A DNA stretch of 64,000 nucleotides from Candidatus Hydrogenedentota bacterium (GCA_034669905.1 JAXMOL010000018.1:64001-128000); one strand, 5' to 3'; numbered from the stretch's first letter, positions 10,223 to 21,051 are shown. Made by a program: numbers and translations. Notes: a model not told the origin generated them from the sequence alone.

Positions 10223-10620
10223 GCGGAGCGGGAGACGAGCGCGTCACCAAGGCGGAAAACAATGGTCTCATGCAGTGTAAGAAAAACCGATGGTCGTGCC
10301 GCGCGATCTTCGCCATACGAGTCTAGACGAGTTTGGTGAAGTTCGTGCGCATGGACCTTATCCGTCGTGAGAACGCTCGAGGTACGTCTCTAAACGATAA
10401 CCGCAGCGACCTCATGGTATGGGAAGTACAACCGATGGCCTCCAATCTTTCAATGTATTCCCGGCGAAGTAGTGACTGGCCACCAACGTATTCGGAGCTC
10501 AACCGCCATCGTGCACGCTCCACACGCACGAACTCGTCAGGACTCGTTGAAACTCGCCTTTTTGGGATCGCGCGGCACGACCACGCGATTCTCGCTTATG
10601 GCTCGTTCCCACGCTCCGCG
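10223..10620. repeat. Approximately 400-bp nested palindromic element (MITE/REPIN-like or structured RNA)
   Basis: Perfect 18-bp inverted repeat 10291-10308 / 10566-10583. Further nested pairs at about 10317-10333 / 10531-10547 and 10340-10357 / 10517-10534. Outer GCGGAGCG..ACGAGC / GCTCGTTCCCACGCTCCGC pair. Confidence 0.65.
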
Positions 10621-10715
10621 TCGTAAACGTTGAATCGCTGCCCAAGCGTTAAATTCGCCCTTCGTATATGCCATAGTACGACAAGTCCTTTTTAACCCAG
10701 GAGTAAGCGAAACCG

Positions 10716-12287
10716 ATGCGCACGCGATACGTTGCACTTATGTTGACCCTCGTCACTATGGCGAGCTTTTCCGCCGCCCACGCCGAACGTCCCAACATCC
10801 TCTTCGCCATTGCGGACGACGCGTCCTTTCCCCACATGGGGGCCTACGGTACCGACTGGGTCAAGACGCCCGCCTTCGACCGGGTGGCCGAGGAGGGCAT
10901 CCTTTTCACGCGGGCCTATACGCCCAACGCCAAATGTGCCCCGTCCCGCTCCTGCATTATCACCGGACGCAATCCCTGGCAGCTCGAGAGCGCGGTGAAC
11001 CACGTGGCGCCCTTCCCGGAGCAGTTCCTCTCCTACGCCGAGGCCCTCGCCGCGAACGGCTATGCCGTCGCCTCCACCGGAAAAGGCTGGGGTCCGGGTG
11101 ACGCGGGCATGCGCGACGGGAAGAAGCGCCAACTGGTGGGGACGCCCTTCAACCAAAAAAAACTCGACCCGCCCACCTCGGGAATCAGCCGAATCGACTA
11201 CGCCGGAAATTTCACGGAATTTCTTGACACCAATACAGAAGGCGCGCCCTGGTGTTTCTGGTACGGGGGCTACGAGCCCCACCGGCGCTATGAATACGAG
11301 TCGGGCGTGAAGAAGGGCGGAAAGCAGCTCTCGGACATCTCGACCGTGCCTTCCTTCTGGCCCGATGATGACATCATCCGCAACGATATGCTGGACTACG
11401 CCTATGAGATCGAATACTTCGACCACCACCTCCAGCGGATGCTCGCCGAGTTGGAAGCCCGGGGGGAGTTGGACAACACCCTCGTTATCGTGACGGCGGA
11501 CAATGGCATGCCCTTCCCCCGCATCAAGGGCCAGGAATACGAGCTCTCCAACCACCTGCCCCTGGCCATCATGTGGAAAGGGGGCATCGTCGCACCCGGT
11601 CGCGTCATCGACGACTTCATCAACTTCATCGACTTCGCACCCACCTTTCTCGAGGTGGCCGGTGTAGCGCCCGAAGCATCCGGCATGGCACCCATGACGG
11701 GAAAGAGCCTCCTGCCCCTGTTTGCCTCCAAGGTATCGGGCATTACGGATTCCAGCCGCGACCACGTACTTATTGGCAAAGAGCGCCACGACGTGGGCCG
11801 TCCCCATGACGGGGGCTATCCCATTCGGGGCATCGTAAAGGGCGATTTGCTCTACCTCCACAATTTCGAAACGGACCGGTGGCCCGCAGGTAACCCCGAG
11901 ACGGGCTATCTCAACTGCGACGGCGGCGCGACGAAGACCCGTATCCTCGACCTGCGCCGTGGGGGAGAGCGGGAGGACTTCTGGCAGTGGTCTTTCGGAA
12001 AGCGTCCGGCAGAGGAACTCTACGACGTGGTGGCCGACCCGGGTTGTATGAAGAACCTTGCGGAGTTGCCCGCCTATCAGAAGAAGAAGGCCGCGCTGAA
12101 GACCCAGCTCCTGGCGGAACTGAAGGCCGAGGGCGACCCGCGCATGCTGGGGAACGCCGCCTACTTCGATGGAATCCCCTACGTCGATCCCCGAACCACA
12201 GGATTCTACGAGCGCTTCATGGCGGGAGAAAAACTCAAGGCCGGATGGGTAAATGAGACGGATTTTGAGTCGGGGCCGCTGGACTGA
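10716..12287 (+). CDS. Sulfatase (N-sulfoglucosamine sulfohydrolase-like, family S1)
   Basis: [11 protein letters not shown], formylglycine motif [22 protein letters not shown]; signal peptide. Confidence 0.93.
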   Translation: MRTRYVALMLTLVTMASFSAAHAERPNILFAIADDASFPHMGAYGTDWVKTPAFDRVAEEGILFTRAYTPNAKCAPSRSCIITGRNPWQLESAVNHVAPFPEQFLSYAEALAANGYAVASTGKGWGPGDAGMRDGKKRQLVGTPFNQKKLDPPTSGISRIDYAGNFTEFLDTNTEGAPWCFWYGGYEPHRRYEYESGVKKGGKQLSDISTVPSFWPDDDIIRNDMLDYAYEIEYFDHHLQRMLAELEARGELDNTLVIVTADNGMPFPRIKGQEYELSNHLPLAIMWKGGIVAPGRVIDDFINFIDFAPTFLEVAGVAPEASGMAPMTGKSLLPLFASKVSGITDSSRDHVLIGKERHDVGRPHDGGYPIRGIVKGDLLYLHNFETDRWPAGNPETGYLNCDGGATKTRILDLRRGGEREDFWQWSFGKRPAEELYDVVADPGCMKNLAELPAYQKKKAALKTQLLAELKAEGDPRMLGNAAYFDGIPYVDPRTTGFYERFMAGEKLKAGWVNETDFESGPLD

Positions 12288-12426
12288 GGTTTGCGCGATT
12301 TAAGAGCGTGATGGTTAAGGGGGTGCCACCCTGGAGACGCAGAATACGTTGCCAAGTGAATAGATTCTGACTGTAACCGGTAGTATCCCCATGGGAAGTA
12401 ACAACACAACCTGGGAGCAATCGGCA

Positions 12427-12909
12427 ATGCGGTTCAAAATTAAAGAAAAATTTTGGGCATTCGGAAACGACTTCTACATCCTCGACGAGGCAGGCCAACC
12501 CGTCTATAAGGTAGACGGAAAGGCATTCTCGTGGGGAGACAAGCTCTCTTTCCAGGACCGGACAGGTAAGGAACTCGCCTATATTTCCCAGCGCCTGTTG
12601 ACCATCATGCCCAAATACTCCATCTACCGGGAGGGCAATCTCTTTGCCGAGGTCAAAAAAGAATTCACCTGGTTCCGCAAGCAATTCACCCTGGATGTGC
12701 CCGGGCCCAATGACTACACCATCGACGGGAGCTTCTGGGAGCACGAGTACACCTTCAAGCGGCGGGGGCGCACTGTGGCAGTCGTGTCCCGCAGCTTCTT
12801 TTCCCTCACCGATACCTACGGCGTAGAAATTTCCGACGGCGAAGACCACATCTCTATCCTCGCCACCTGCATCGTCATCGACCAGGTGCTCCACGACGAA
12901 AAGGAGTAG
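12427..12909 (+). CDS. LURP-one-related / Tubby C 2 (scramblase-like) protein
   Basis: IKEKFWAFGNDFYILDEAGQPVYKVDGK, GSFWEHEYTF, TDTYGVEI. Confidence 0.88.
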   Translation: MRFKIKEKFWAFGNDFYILDEAGQPVYKVDGKAFSWGDKLSFQDRTGKELAYISQRLLTIMPKYSIYREGNLFAEVKKEFTWFRKQFTLDVPGPNDYTIDGSFWEHEYTFKRRGRTVAVVSRSFFSLTDTYGVEISDGEDHISILATCIVIDQVLHDEKE

Positions 12910-12915
12910 TGGTCT

Positions 12916-15900
12916 CTACGACGCGGCCAGGCAAACCCCATCTTCGGAGCCGGTGCAAAACTCATAGCCGCCCACATTGAAGATCTGAATCATCCGGAGC
13001 ATCTCGGTGAGATTGAAGGTCCAGTCCTGGGGACTATAGTCGCCCTGATGGACGTCACAGGCTTCATCGCTGCCATTGGGAAGGAATCCATCTTCGGTGC
13101 CGTTCATACAGCCAAAGCGGTCGCTGTTGAAGAGCTGGATGACGCGGAGCAACTCCGAGAGGGAGAGGGCATGATCTTCGTTCGTGTCCGCATGATGAAA
13201 TTCCGCCTCGCCTTCCCCTTCGCCTTCACCACCCACCACGCTGTCCGGGTCGGCGGGGTCCGACCCGGCGAGCACTTCGTCGTAGTCGTAATGGGTGTCG
13301 CCGTCCCGGTCCAGGGCTATCCGCGTTCCCGTGCCTTCCGGTACGATGGTAAAGACAATGGCCGTGTCCGCATCAACCGCTTCGAGGAGGTCGCCCGTCG
13401 AAATCACCGTGTCCGCAGTGTCGCGGTCAAACAGGCCGTTGCCCCGATAGCGGACGCCCCGTAAGGCGCCTTCCTGCTGGAAGTGCCCCACCAACTCGAT
13501 GCGATTCGACGCGGCCACCAGTCCTGTAAAGGTGTCGAGGTTACTCAGGTCGGTGCTGTCCGATTCCAGAAGGGTTTGTTGGCCTACCGCCGCATGGACA
13601 TCGGCACTGGGTTCCCCCTCAATATCCAGGAAGCTCAGCGAAGGTGGATTGGGATCCGGCGGGAAGTCCGAGCCAGAAAAGGCGAGCATGAGGGCCACCA
13701 GATTGGCCAACTCTTGCGCTGTCGCGGTGTTGAAGGCTTCTTCGGAAAGAAAGCGTTCTATCGTATCGACGCTGCCATCATGCAAGAAACCGAAACCGGC
13801 CAGGCTGGTGGTGTCCAACATATTCATTCCCACCTTTTCATACATATTACGAAGCTGGGCCACCTTGATGGAGCGGTTGGTGGAGCCGTCGATGCTAACC
13901 AGCATGAGATGCTTTTCGCCGCGGGGCCCATCGGGAATGGTTTCCTCCGTGAAGCCGTTCAGTCGCACGTTTGGCCCGTTACCACTCGGCAGGGAATGGC
14001 AGCTCACGCAAGAAACCAACCCGCTGTCGATGCGGCGGTCATGATCGCGATACAGGTTCAGACCCGCCCGGGCGTTGCCATTGGGGAGGGGGGTACCAGC
14101 GGGCACATCCATGGTGCGCGTGGTCGTGTGTCCGGGCAGGGGCAAGGAGGTCGGCAGGCTGTTGTCGAGGTTGCGGAAGGGATTGGGCGGAAAATGGATG
14201 GTTTCCAGAAAGTCCTCAAACTCCTGCATCTCCGACGGGGTGAGCTGAACATCATCCCCCTGCAACCCTTCAAAGGCTGGATTGAAATCTTCCAGGCCCA
14301 GGCGGTCGCCCCGCCAGTGGAAGGGCTCCTGACCGATGATGCCCTGAAAGGTCTGGGTACTCATAGGGCCCTTCATCGGATGATAGGGCTCAAAATCCTC
14401 ATTCAGTTCCGGGATGTTGCCGCCCAGATTGCGATCCGTCAGGGGCGCAATTTCTCCGGTCGGGTCACCCAGGTCCCACGAGAGCCGGTCCATCCGGCCA
14501 TCCACGTGGCAGGAAGCGCAGGCGATTTGGCCCAGCCCCGAATTCTTGTGGGTGTCGTAGAGGTGCTTGCGTCCCACCTTGATGACCTCGGGGGTGGGGT
14601 CGAAAAAGGGAATACGTGCAGTCTCCGACTCGGTCGCCACGTCCACCACCGACAGGGCGCCTTCAAAGCGATTGAGCACGTAGAGCTGGCCCCGCGCCTC
14701 GTCGAGGGCAAGCCCTGTCGGACCTTCACCCAGTTCCACCGTATCGTTCAGCCCGGCACGGTTGCCGTTGGCATCCACGACGATGAGATTGTTGGAGCCC
14801 ATGCCCGTGATGTAGGCCTTCGTGCCCGCAGCGTTCCATACGATGCCGCGGGGATCGCCGATAGACCGATTGCGTTGTGCTTGTGAGATCCGTGGATTCG
14901 CATAGTTGTTGACGTGTGCCTGGTTAAGGTCGGTGTTCACATCGGCGCTCAGGCTCCCGGAGTCGGCCGAAGCAAACTGGACGCGGAGAAAGGTCCCGTT
15001 GATCACCGGCTCAAAGCGGACCTCGTTTGTGCCATCCGTGCCGATCACGGTGGGGTTGCCCGTCACCGGGTTGACCGCGAGGTCCATGCAGATATTCATG
15101 AGACCATCGATATAGTCCACCGTCCGATTGTCCGCATGGATCACCGCCACATCGTGATCCGTCAGAGTCCAGCCGACGGGGCGCCCGGAGGCGGCGGCTT
15201 GGGGCCCACTGATAAATGTGGTCCAATCGGAACCCGTGTCGTCGCGCCAGAACCCGTCCTCATCCTGCTTCACGATGAGGCCTACCTTCGGCGGAGTGCC
15301 GTTGCCGGGATTCTTCGGTGGGAAGAAACCGCTGCCATTGTTGGGGGGCGGATTCACCACGCCATGGGGGGTACTGGCATCGTCCACCACGTTGGGGGGG
15401 AAGCTGATGGTCCCCGAACCCGCAGCGCCACCGCCGAGGAGGGTACTCCGATTACCGGACTCGAAGACCGCCACGTATACGTATGCGCCATCCGGACTGA
15501 CGGCCATCGCACGGGGATCTTCGCCTGCAATCGGAAGGGTGCCCAACAGGACGTGGGTGGTGGCGTTATAGACCTGTACCGTGTTCACCTGCGAACAGGA
15601 GACGAAGGCCTCGCCGTTGGAACCGGCAAAGACCACGTCGGCGGGCTCGTCAGCGGTATGGATGAGTGCCGTCACCGCGCCGTTCGTGACATCCACCACG
15701 GACACCGTGTCGGATACATGATTCACGACCCAGGCCTCGGTGTCGGTACGGAAGCGGACCGACACGGGGTCCAGCCCTACGGGGATGGTGTGGCGCAGGA
15801 TGGGCGTGCCACTGCTGAGCGCGTAGATCATGATCCGGTTGTCCGGAAGATTGCAGACGGCAAGAAGCTCCCCGGACGGACTCAGAGAAACGGGGTGGAC

Positions 15901-16023
15901 CGGCGGCGTTTCAAAATTGACGAAGTCGTCCTGTGCGGCCACGGCGTGGCATAAGCCCGCCAACAGCAGCACGGCCCCGCACCCAAGACATCGCCCACTC
16001 CCCAAGCCCATCGTGTCGCGCAT
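12916..16023 (-). CDS. Exported YVTN beta-propeller / di-heme cytochrome c peroxidase-like protein with C-terminal duplicated EF-hand/dockerin-like module
   Basis: Propeller repeats (IPVGLDPVSV, AWVVNHVSDTVSVVD, GEGPTGLALD); CASCH (14506-14520) and CVSCH (13996-14010); FHWRGDR, FLHDGS; GEGEGEGE linker. Confidence 0.85.
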   Translation of the reverse strand: MRDTMGLGSGRCLGCGAVLLLAGLCHAVAAQDDFVNFETPPVHPVSLSPSGELLAVCNLPDNRIMIYALSSGTPILRHTIPVGLDPVSVRFRTDTEAWVVNHVSDTVSVVDVTNGAVTALIHTADEPADVVFAGSNGEAFVSCSQVNTVQVYNATTHVLLGTLPIAGEDPRAMAVSPDGAYVYVAVFESGNRSTLLGGGAAGSGTISFPPNVVDDASTPHGVVNPPPNNGSGFFPPKNPGNGTPPKVGLIVKQDEDGFWRDDTGSDWTTFISGPQAAASGRPVGWTLTDHDVAVIHADNRTVDYIDGLMNICMDLAVNPVTGNPTVIGTDGTNEVRFEPVINGTFLRVQFASADSGSLSADVNTDLNQAHVNNYANPRISQAQRNRSIGDPRGIVWNAAGTKAYITGMGSNNLIVVDANGNRAGLNDTVELGEGPTGLALDEARGQLYVLNRFEGALSVVDVATESETARIPFFDPTPEVIKVGRKHLYDTHKNSGLGQIACASCHVDGRMDRLSWDLGDPTGEIAPLTDRNLGGNIPELNEDFEPYHPMKGPMSTQTFQGIIGQEPFHWRGDRLGLEDFNPAFEGLQGDDVQLTPSEMQEFEDFLETIHFPPNPFRNLDNSLPTSLPLPGHTTTRTMDVPAGTPLPNGNARAGLNLYRDHDRRIDSGLVSCVSCHSLPSGNGPNVRLNGFTEETIPDGPRGEKHLMLVSIDGSTNRSIKVAQLRNMYEKVGMNMLDTTSLAGFGFLHDGSVDTIERFLSEEAFNTATAQELANLVALMLAFSGSDFPPDPNPPSLSFLDIEGEPSADVHAAVGQQTLLESDSTDLSNLDTFTGLVAASNRIELVGHFQQEGALRGVRYRGNGLFDRDTADTVISTGDLLEAVDADTAIVFTIVPEGTGTRIALDRDGDTHYDYDEVLAGSDPADPDSVVGGEGEGEGEAEFHHADTNEDHALSLSELLRVIQLFNSDRFGCMNGTEDGFLPNGSDEACDVHQGDYSPQDWTFNLTEMLRMIQIFNVGGYEFCTGSEDGVCLAAS

Positions 16024-16161
16024 TCAGATTCCCTTTCTGAAGCCAGGGGGCCTCCATCGCAAAGCCAGTTGACCGGCGTCGGGACGGTCGGAAAAATTCC
16101 ACCCACCCTTACGACCTCAGCATAGGGAAAGTATTCGATTTTTTCAAACCGAGACAGTTGG

Positions 16162-17259
16162 CTACTTTTTCAGAATGCCCCCACGGCCGCTGCTGATGTA
16201 GATGCCCTGAAGATTCATCCGAAGTTCTTCCGGATTGTCCGAATAGGCGTAGGCGGTTTCCTCTTTGATGAGCCCACTCTTAATCAGGCCTGCCAGGCTC
16301 ATGTTAAAGGTCTGCATGCCGTCTTCTTTGCCCCCCACAATGGCCGTGGGCAATTGCTTGATGTTGTTCTCGCGAATCAATGCCGCAATGCCGGGATTGG
16401 AAAACATGAGTTCGATGGCCGGAACCCGACCTTTGCCATCGGCGGAAGGGACAAGTCGTTGGGCAATACAGGCACGAATCTGCATGGAAAGCTGGGAACG
16501 AATCTGGTCGTGCATGTTGGAGGGGAACATGTCCATAATGCGGTCTATGGTCAGCATGACGTTGGTGGTGTGCAGGGTACTGAACACCAGGTGTCCCGTT
16601 TCCGCCGCCGAAATGGCTGCCTGAAAGGTCTCCGCATCGCGCATTTCGCCAATCAGGATTACGTCGGGATCTTCACGCATGGCCGCACGGAGGGCCGAGT
16701 AGAAGTCCTTGGTATCGATATTGATTTCACGCTGCGTAATGATACTCTTCTTATTCGAGTGGAGGAATTCGATGGGGTCTTCCAGGGTCACAATGTGAAA
16801 GCGGTTGCGCTGATTGATCCAGTCGATGATGGACGCCAGGGTGGTGGATTTACCACTACCCGTCGTGCCGGTCACCAATACCAGACCGCGGTGCATATCC
16901 GCCACTTCGGTCATGGACGGCGGAAGATTGAGCTCTGCAAAATCGAGGATCTTGCCCTTTACATGGCGCATCACGATGCCCACCGAGCCCCGCTGCATCA
17001 GACAATTCACGCGGAAGCGCCCCAGACCGGCTACTCCGTAGGCCAAATCCGCGTCGCCCTTCTCAACAAAGGCTTCGAATTCCTTCTCCGTCATCATCTC
17101 CGCCGCCATTTCCTGGGTCTCGGTCGGTGAAAGATTCTCCGATTCGATAAAGCGGATTTTGCCGTCAATACGAACGGCAGGGGGGCTGCCCACCGTGAGG
17201 TGTACATCAGAGGCACCATTTTTAACTGCGTAACTGAGAATCTTGTGAAGCGTTGCCAT
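16162..17259 (-). CDS. pilT: Type IV pilus retraction ATPase PilT/PilU family
   Basis: ASDVHL, Walker A GTTGSGKST, TLEDPIEF, REDPDVILIGEMRD, AETGHLVFSTLH, GMQTF. Confidence 0.92.
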   Translation of the reverse strand: MATLHKILSYAVKNGASDVHLTVGSPPAVRIDGKIRFIESENLSPTETQEMAAEMMTEKEFEAFVEKGDADLAYGVAGLGRFRVNCLMQRGSVGIVMRHVKGKILDFAELNLPPSMTEVADMHRGLVLVTGTTGSGKSTTLASIIDWINQRNRFHIVTLEDPIEFLHSNKKSIITQREINIDTKDFYSALRAAMREDPDVILIGEMRDAETFQAAISAAETGHLVFSTLHTTNVMLTIDRIMDMFPSNMHDQIRSQLSMQIRACIAQRLVPSADGKGRVPAIELMFSNPGIAALIRENNIKQLPTAIVGGKEDGMQTFNMSLAGLIKSGLIKEETAYAYSDNPEELRMNLQGIYISSGRGGILKK

Positions 17260-17332
17260 GACCGACTCCTGGTAGGGGCAGAATTGCAGCTTGTGGCCAA
17301 ACCACGTATCCATAAATCATTGCTATGGTTTT

Positions 17333-17361
17333 ACGTTAAACTGTGTTGGCGTAAATGTCAA
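17333..17361 (-). promoter_or_regulatory. Putative sigma70 promoter of pilT
   Basis: Minus strand TTGACA - 17 nt - TAACGT. Confidence 0.55.
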
Positions 17362-17529
17362 TGCATTTTTTGAAACCGTGAAAATTTCGCTCTCAGCAGG
17401 GACCAGGCCTGCGTTTTGTGTTTCGCGGCTCGGATGGCAGGGTAGGGCCCCCTTCCCCCAATGCGCTTGAAACGTATTACAATCTACTATACCCTAGGGA
17501 TGTCATTTTGTTCACCTTACGGGGGGGTC

Positions 17530-20500
17530 ATGAAGCGGTTTCTCTATACAGCAATTGCGCTGCTCTGTGTGTTGGTCGCAGTGGGTGCTTTCTACCGATG
17601 GCAACAGGGGAAAATACGCCTCCTGGTGGAGGAAAGCCACGCTCCTCCGTCAACCAGCCTGGCATCCTCAAACACGGCCAATCCGATAGATACAGCGCGC
17701 GTACCGGTTGCGCCGCTGGAAGGGATCACCCGAGGGGAAGGGGTTATCTGGGGACGAATTGTCGCGGATGAGTCCCAGTCAGACCCCAAGACCCTGAAGG
17801 TCCAGTGTGTGCTTCATGGGCTCGGCGGACCTCAGTACTACCCCGAACAGGCACCCGATGAAAATGGCCGCTTTTCCTGCGAGCAACTCACTTGGGGGCG
17901 CTATACCGTACGGGCCGTCTCCGAAAAAGGCGTTGCATACGAAACGGTTCGCCTCTCATCGACACAACGGGTCCGGGAAGTGTCCCTTGCTCTAAGCCCG
18001 GGCCGGCCGTTTGCAGGCGTGGTGTTGGATGAAAACCGCGTTCCCATTGAAGGCGCCCGCGTGGAAGTCAGCCAGTGGCAGGCCACGGGCAACGGTGCCG
18101 ATAGCTATCCGGTGGAGGGCGCCGATTACCTCGTGGGAACTACCGACGGACAAGGCGGCTTTCGGATTGAGGGTGTCCCCGTGGGGCTTACAGAAGCCAG
18201 GCGACACTATCGGTTACTTGCCACGGCCGATGGCTACCCGGACACGCCCAGTGCATACCATGTGCCCGGAACGGAAGACATAGAGATTATGCTGGGGACC
18301 GGGGGACACGCCGAAGGGGTGGTCGTGTTGAATGAGACCAATGAGCCTGTTCCGGGCATTGCCATACAAACCCGGATTGCCGGGTCGGTGCTGGAGGTGA
18401 TTTCCGATGCGCAGGGGCGGTTTCAGTTTTCGCCGCTGGCCGCAGGCTCCTATGAGGCCCTCGTGCTCGATGCGGATTGGGTGGCCATGGAGCCCCGATA
18501 CCCCTTCGTCGTGGCGGAAGGCCAGTCCACGCAGGTGCCGCAGATTCGTATCACCGAGGGCGCTCGTATCGCAGGAAGCGTGACGGAACGGGGTTCTGGA
18601 AACGGGGTGGCCCGCGCCACTGTGCAACTCTCGGCAATGGACGGGACGCCCGGGGAATCGCGCGCTGCCCGTGAGGTCCAGAGTGGGGAGGATGGAAGTT
18701 ACACGATCACGGGATTGCGTGGCGGTACCTATCGCGTGCGCGTCTCCGGTCCGCCCGGATATTTTGTTCCAGCACCCTACAAAGAAAACGGGGAACAGTC
18801 GATCGCCCTGATGGTTGGCGTACGACAGGAACCGGTCAACTTCGTCCTTGGTCGGGGCATCGTGGTGACGGGGCAAGTGCACGACCCAGAGGGGCGGGGC
18901 ATCCCCGGCGCAGAAGTGACGGCCATTGCCGAAACGACCGAGACCACCACCCTGGCCGAAACGGATGGCGACGGTGCCTTTTCGTTGACCCTCCCGGGGA
19001 GGGATGAGCACATTGAGCTCTACGCGCAGAAGCCAGGCTTTATTGGCGATCCGGTCTATCTCGATGGCGATACCCTTGTCACGCCGCCTGAAATTGTGTT
19101 AGTGCTCTCGCCCGCCTCCGCTGTCGCCGGCACGGTGACTAACTCGCTGGGGACCGCTTGCGACGGAGCGACCGTCCTGCTGGCCGCTATTGAAGGGGAT
19201 GAATTTACCAATATCCGGACGGTGACAACGGATCGTGATGGCGCCTTCGAGTTCGACTATCTGAAACCGGGAGACTATCTGCTTCGAGCGGGTCACTACG
19301 ATAGCACGTCGAAGCCGGCACCGCGTGCGCCCGGAGAGTTGCAAGTCACATTGGCCGCCGGTGAGTCCCAACAAGGACTTCGCCTGCTCCTGGGTGACGA
19401 GGGTCAGTCCATTTCGGGGCGCGTAACCGACGGCGATGGCAGGCCCTTCCAGCATGCCGTTGTTTTCGTCTGGGGGCGACCGGGAATGCCTTCGCTGGCC
19501 TATGCCCACTCCGACGAAGACGGATTCTATCGGGTCTCTGGTCTTCCACCCGGTGAGTACATCATGGCGGCCCAGGCACCGAAGGTGAGTGCGGATCGAA
19601 AGACAGGCGTGGCTGCCGGGAGCACCGGCATCGATTTTGTCATGGTAGAGCCGGGAGTCATCGTCGGCCAGGTCGTGGATGCTTCGACTCGGGAACCCGT
19701 GACCTCCTTCTCCATTGCCGTCCGCCATGCCGATGAACCCAAAGTCGTCCAGCATCTCAAGTTCCGGCAGGTGCAGGAGCCCGAAGGGCGCTTCCGTATC
19801 GAAGGGGCAAGCGTGGGTGAAAACACGATTTTCCTTCGCGCGCCCGATCACATGGACGGGGAATTCACGGTGCCCCAGGTTATATCCGGGCAGACTACCG
19901 CCGAGCAAATCTTCACGTTGGAACCCGGACTCATAATTCAAGGGACCGTATCGTCCCCTGGTGGTGAGGGACTGGCAGGAGCACGTGTGCTGGCAGATCC
20001 TGGTACCTCGCCTTTTTATCGCATGTCTGATGCCCGGGCGGTGTCCGACCAGAACGGTAACTTCGTGATCCGTAAACTGGAGGATGCGACGTATACCGTC
20101 GTGGCTATTCATCCGGACTTCACCAGTGCGCAGGTTCAGGCCCATCCGGCTTCCGATAAGCCCGTGAATATTGTGCTGGGCAATGGGGGTGTCGTCGAGG
20201 GGGCTGTCACGGTGGGCGGTGAAGCAAGGGCCGGCGCATCGGTTTCACTGACCACGGGGGATCAGGTGAGTAAGTCGACCCGTACAGATGATCGGGGTGA
20301 GTTCCGATTGGCGGGTGCCCTCCCTGGCGCCGCGCTGGTACGCGTACAAGTAGGCGTTCATCCATCGCCTGAGTATAGAAAACAAGAACGGAACGTTGAC
20401 GTGCGCGAGGGGCAGACCACGGAAGTACACGTCGATTTTCCCAACGCCAGCGCCCAGTTGGAGGGTACCGTATACGGATTGGACGGCAACCCGGTGGCCG

Positions 20501-21051
20501 CCGATGTGGTCGTGAGAGTCTATACGGAAGACGGTATGGAGCGCATGGGGCAATCTTGCGGTGACGATGGCTTCTTCCTCTTCGATGGGGTGCCACCGGG
20601 AGAAGGGGAACTCACCGTGTCCTTTACGGGCCTGATTCAACGTCGGGTAACGGTAAGTATCCCCGAAGGGGCACAGGTGACCCGGGATATTTTTCTGGAT
20701 AGCGGCTATTCCATACGGTGCAATGTGCAGCCACCATCGGAGCCCTTTGATCAGATTCGGCTGATGGCAGTGCCGGGCGAGCACTTTCTATCTCGGGCAG
20801 ATTCTGATATCCTGAACGCCTTGCTTGCGGCAGCGATTTCTATGGGTGATTCGTATACGGGAGGCCCGGTGGTTCTTTCCGGCATGGTGCCGGGGGACTA
20901 CACGGTCATCGCATGGGTAAATACCACTGCGTATCGTGAGGCACAAGACCCCACGGAGCGCGCGCGCTTGAAGTTGGAGCGACCCATTCGCGTCGTACCG
21001 GTGGTGGTGAGTGGCGACAATGCAAATCCTGAAGTACAGATTGATTTTTGA
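17530..21051 (+). CDS. Large membrane-anchored protein with tandem carboxypeptidase-regulatory-like (transthyretin/CnaB-like) beta-sandwich repeats
   Basis: N-terminal hydrophobic anchor; about 12-13 repeats of G-x-V-x(4-6)-P..GA-x-V...TDxxGxF...L.PG.Y. Confidence 0.85.
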   Translation: MKRFLYTAIALLCVLVAVGAFYRWQQGKIRLLVEESHAPPSTSLASSNTANPIDTARVPVAPLEGITRGEGVIWGRIVADESQSDPKTLKVQCVLHGLGGPQYYPEQAPDENGRFSCEQLTWGRYTVRAVSEKGVAYETVRLSSTQRVREVSLALSPGRPFAGVVLDENRVPIEGARVEVSQWQATGNGADSYPVEGADYLVGTTDGQGGFRIEGVPVGLTEARRHYRLLATADGYPDTPSAYHVPGTEDIEIMLGTGGHAEGVVVLNETNEPVPGIAIQTRIAGSVLEVISDAQGRFQFSPLAAGSYEALVLDADWVAMEPRYPFVVAEGQSTQVPQIRITEGARIAGSVTERGSGNGVARATVQLSAMDGTPGESRAAREVQSGEDGSYTITGLRGGTYRVRVSGPPGYFVPAPYKENGEQSIALMVGVRQEPVNFVLGRGIVVTGQVHDPEGRGIPGAEVTAIAETTETTTLAETDGDGAFSLTLPGRDEHIELYAQKPGFIGDPVYLDGDTLVTPPEIVLVLSPASAVAGTVTNSLGTACDGATVLLAAIEGDEFTNIRTVTTDRDGAFEFDYLKPGDYLLRAGHYDSTSKPAPRAPGELQVTLAAGESQQGLRLLLGDEGQSISGRVTDGDGRPFQHAVVFVWGRPGMPSLAYAHSDEDGFYRVSGLPPGEYIMAAQAPKVSADRKTGVAAGSTGIDFVMVEPGVIVGQVVDASTREPVTSFSIAVRHADEPKVVQHLKFRQVQEPEGRFRIEGASVGENTIFLRAPDHMDGEFTVPQVISGQTTAEQIFTLEPGLIIQGTVSSPGGEGLAGARVLADPGTSPFYRMSDARAVSDQNGNFVIRKLEDATYTVVAIHPDFTSAQVQAHPASDKPVNIVLGNGGVVEGAVTVGGEARAGASVSLTTGDQVSKSTRTDDRGEFRLAGALPGAALVRVQVGVHPSPEYRKQERNVDVREGQTTEVHVDFPNASAQLEGTVYGLDGNPVAADVVVRVYTEDGMERMGQSCGDDGFFLFDGVPPGEGELTVSFTGLIQRRVTVSIPEGAQVTRDIFLDSGYSIRCNVQPPSEPFDQIRLMAVPGEHFLSRADSDILNALLAAAISMGDSYTGGPVVLSGMVPGDYTVIAWVNTTAYREAQDPTERARLKLERPIRVVPVVVSGDNANPEVQIDF

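Noticed and set aside
10323..10737. Small ORFs inside the nested palindrome (possible pseudogene)
   Set aside because: No recognisable motifs; better explained as non-coding inverted-repeat DNA.
13201..13233. Short tandem CCTTC(G/C/A) repeats
   Set aside because: They encode the GEGEGEGE linker; not a CRISPR array or contingency locus.
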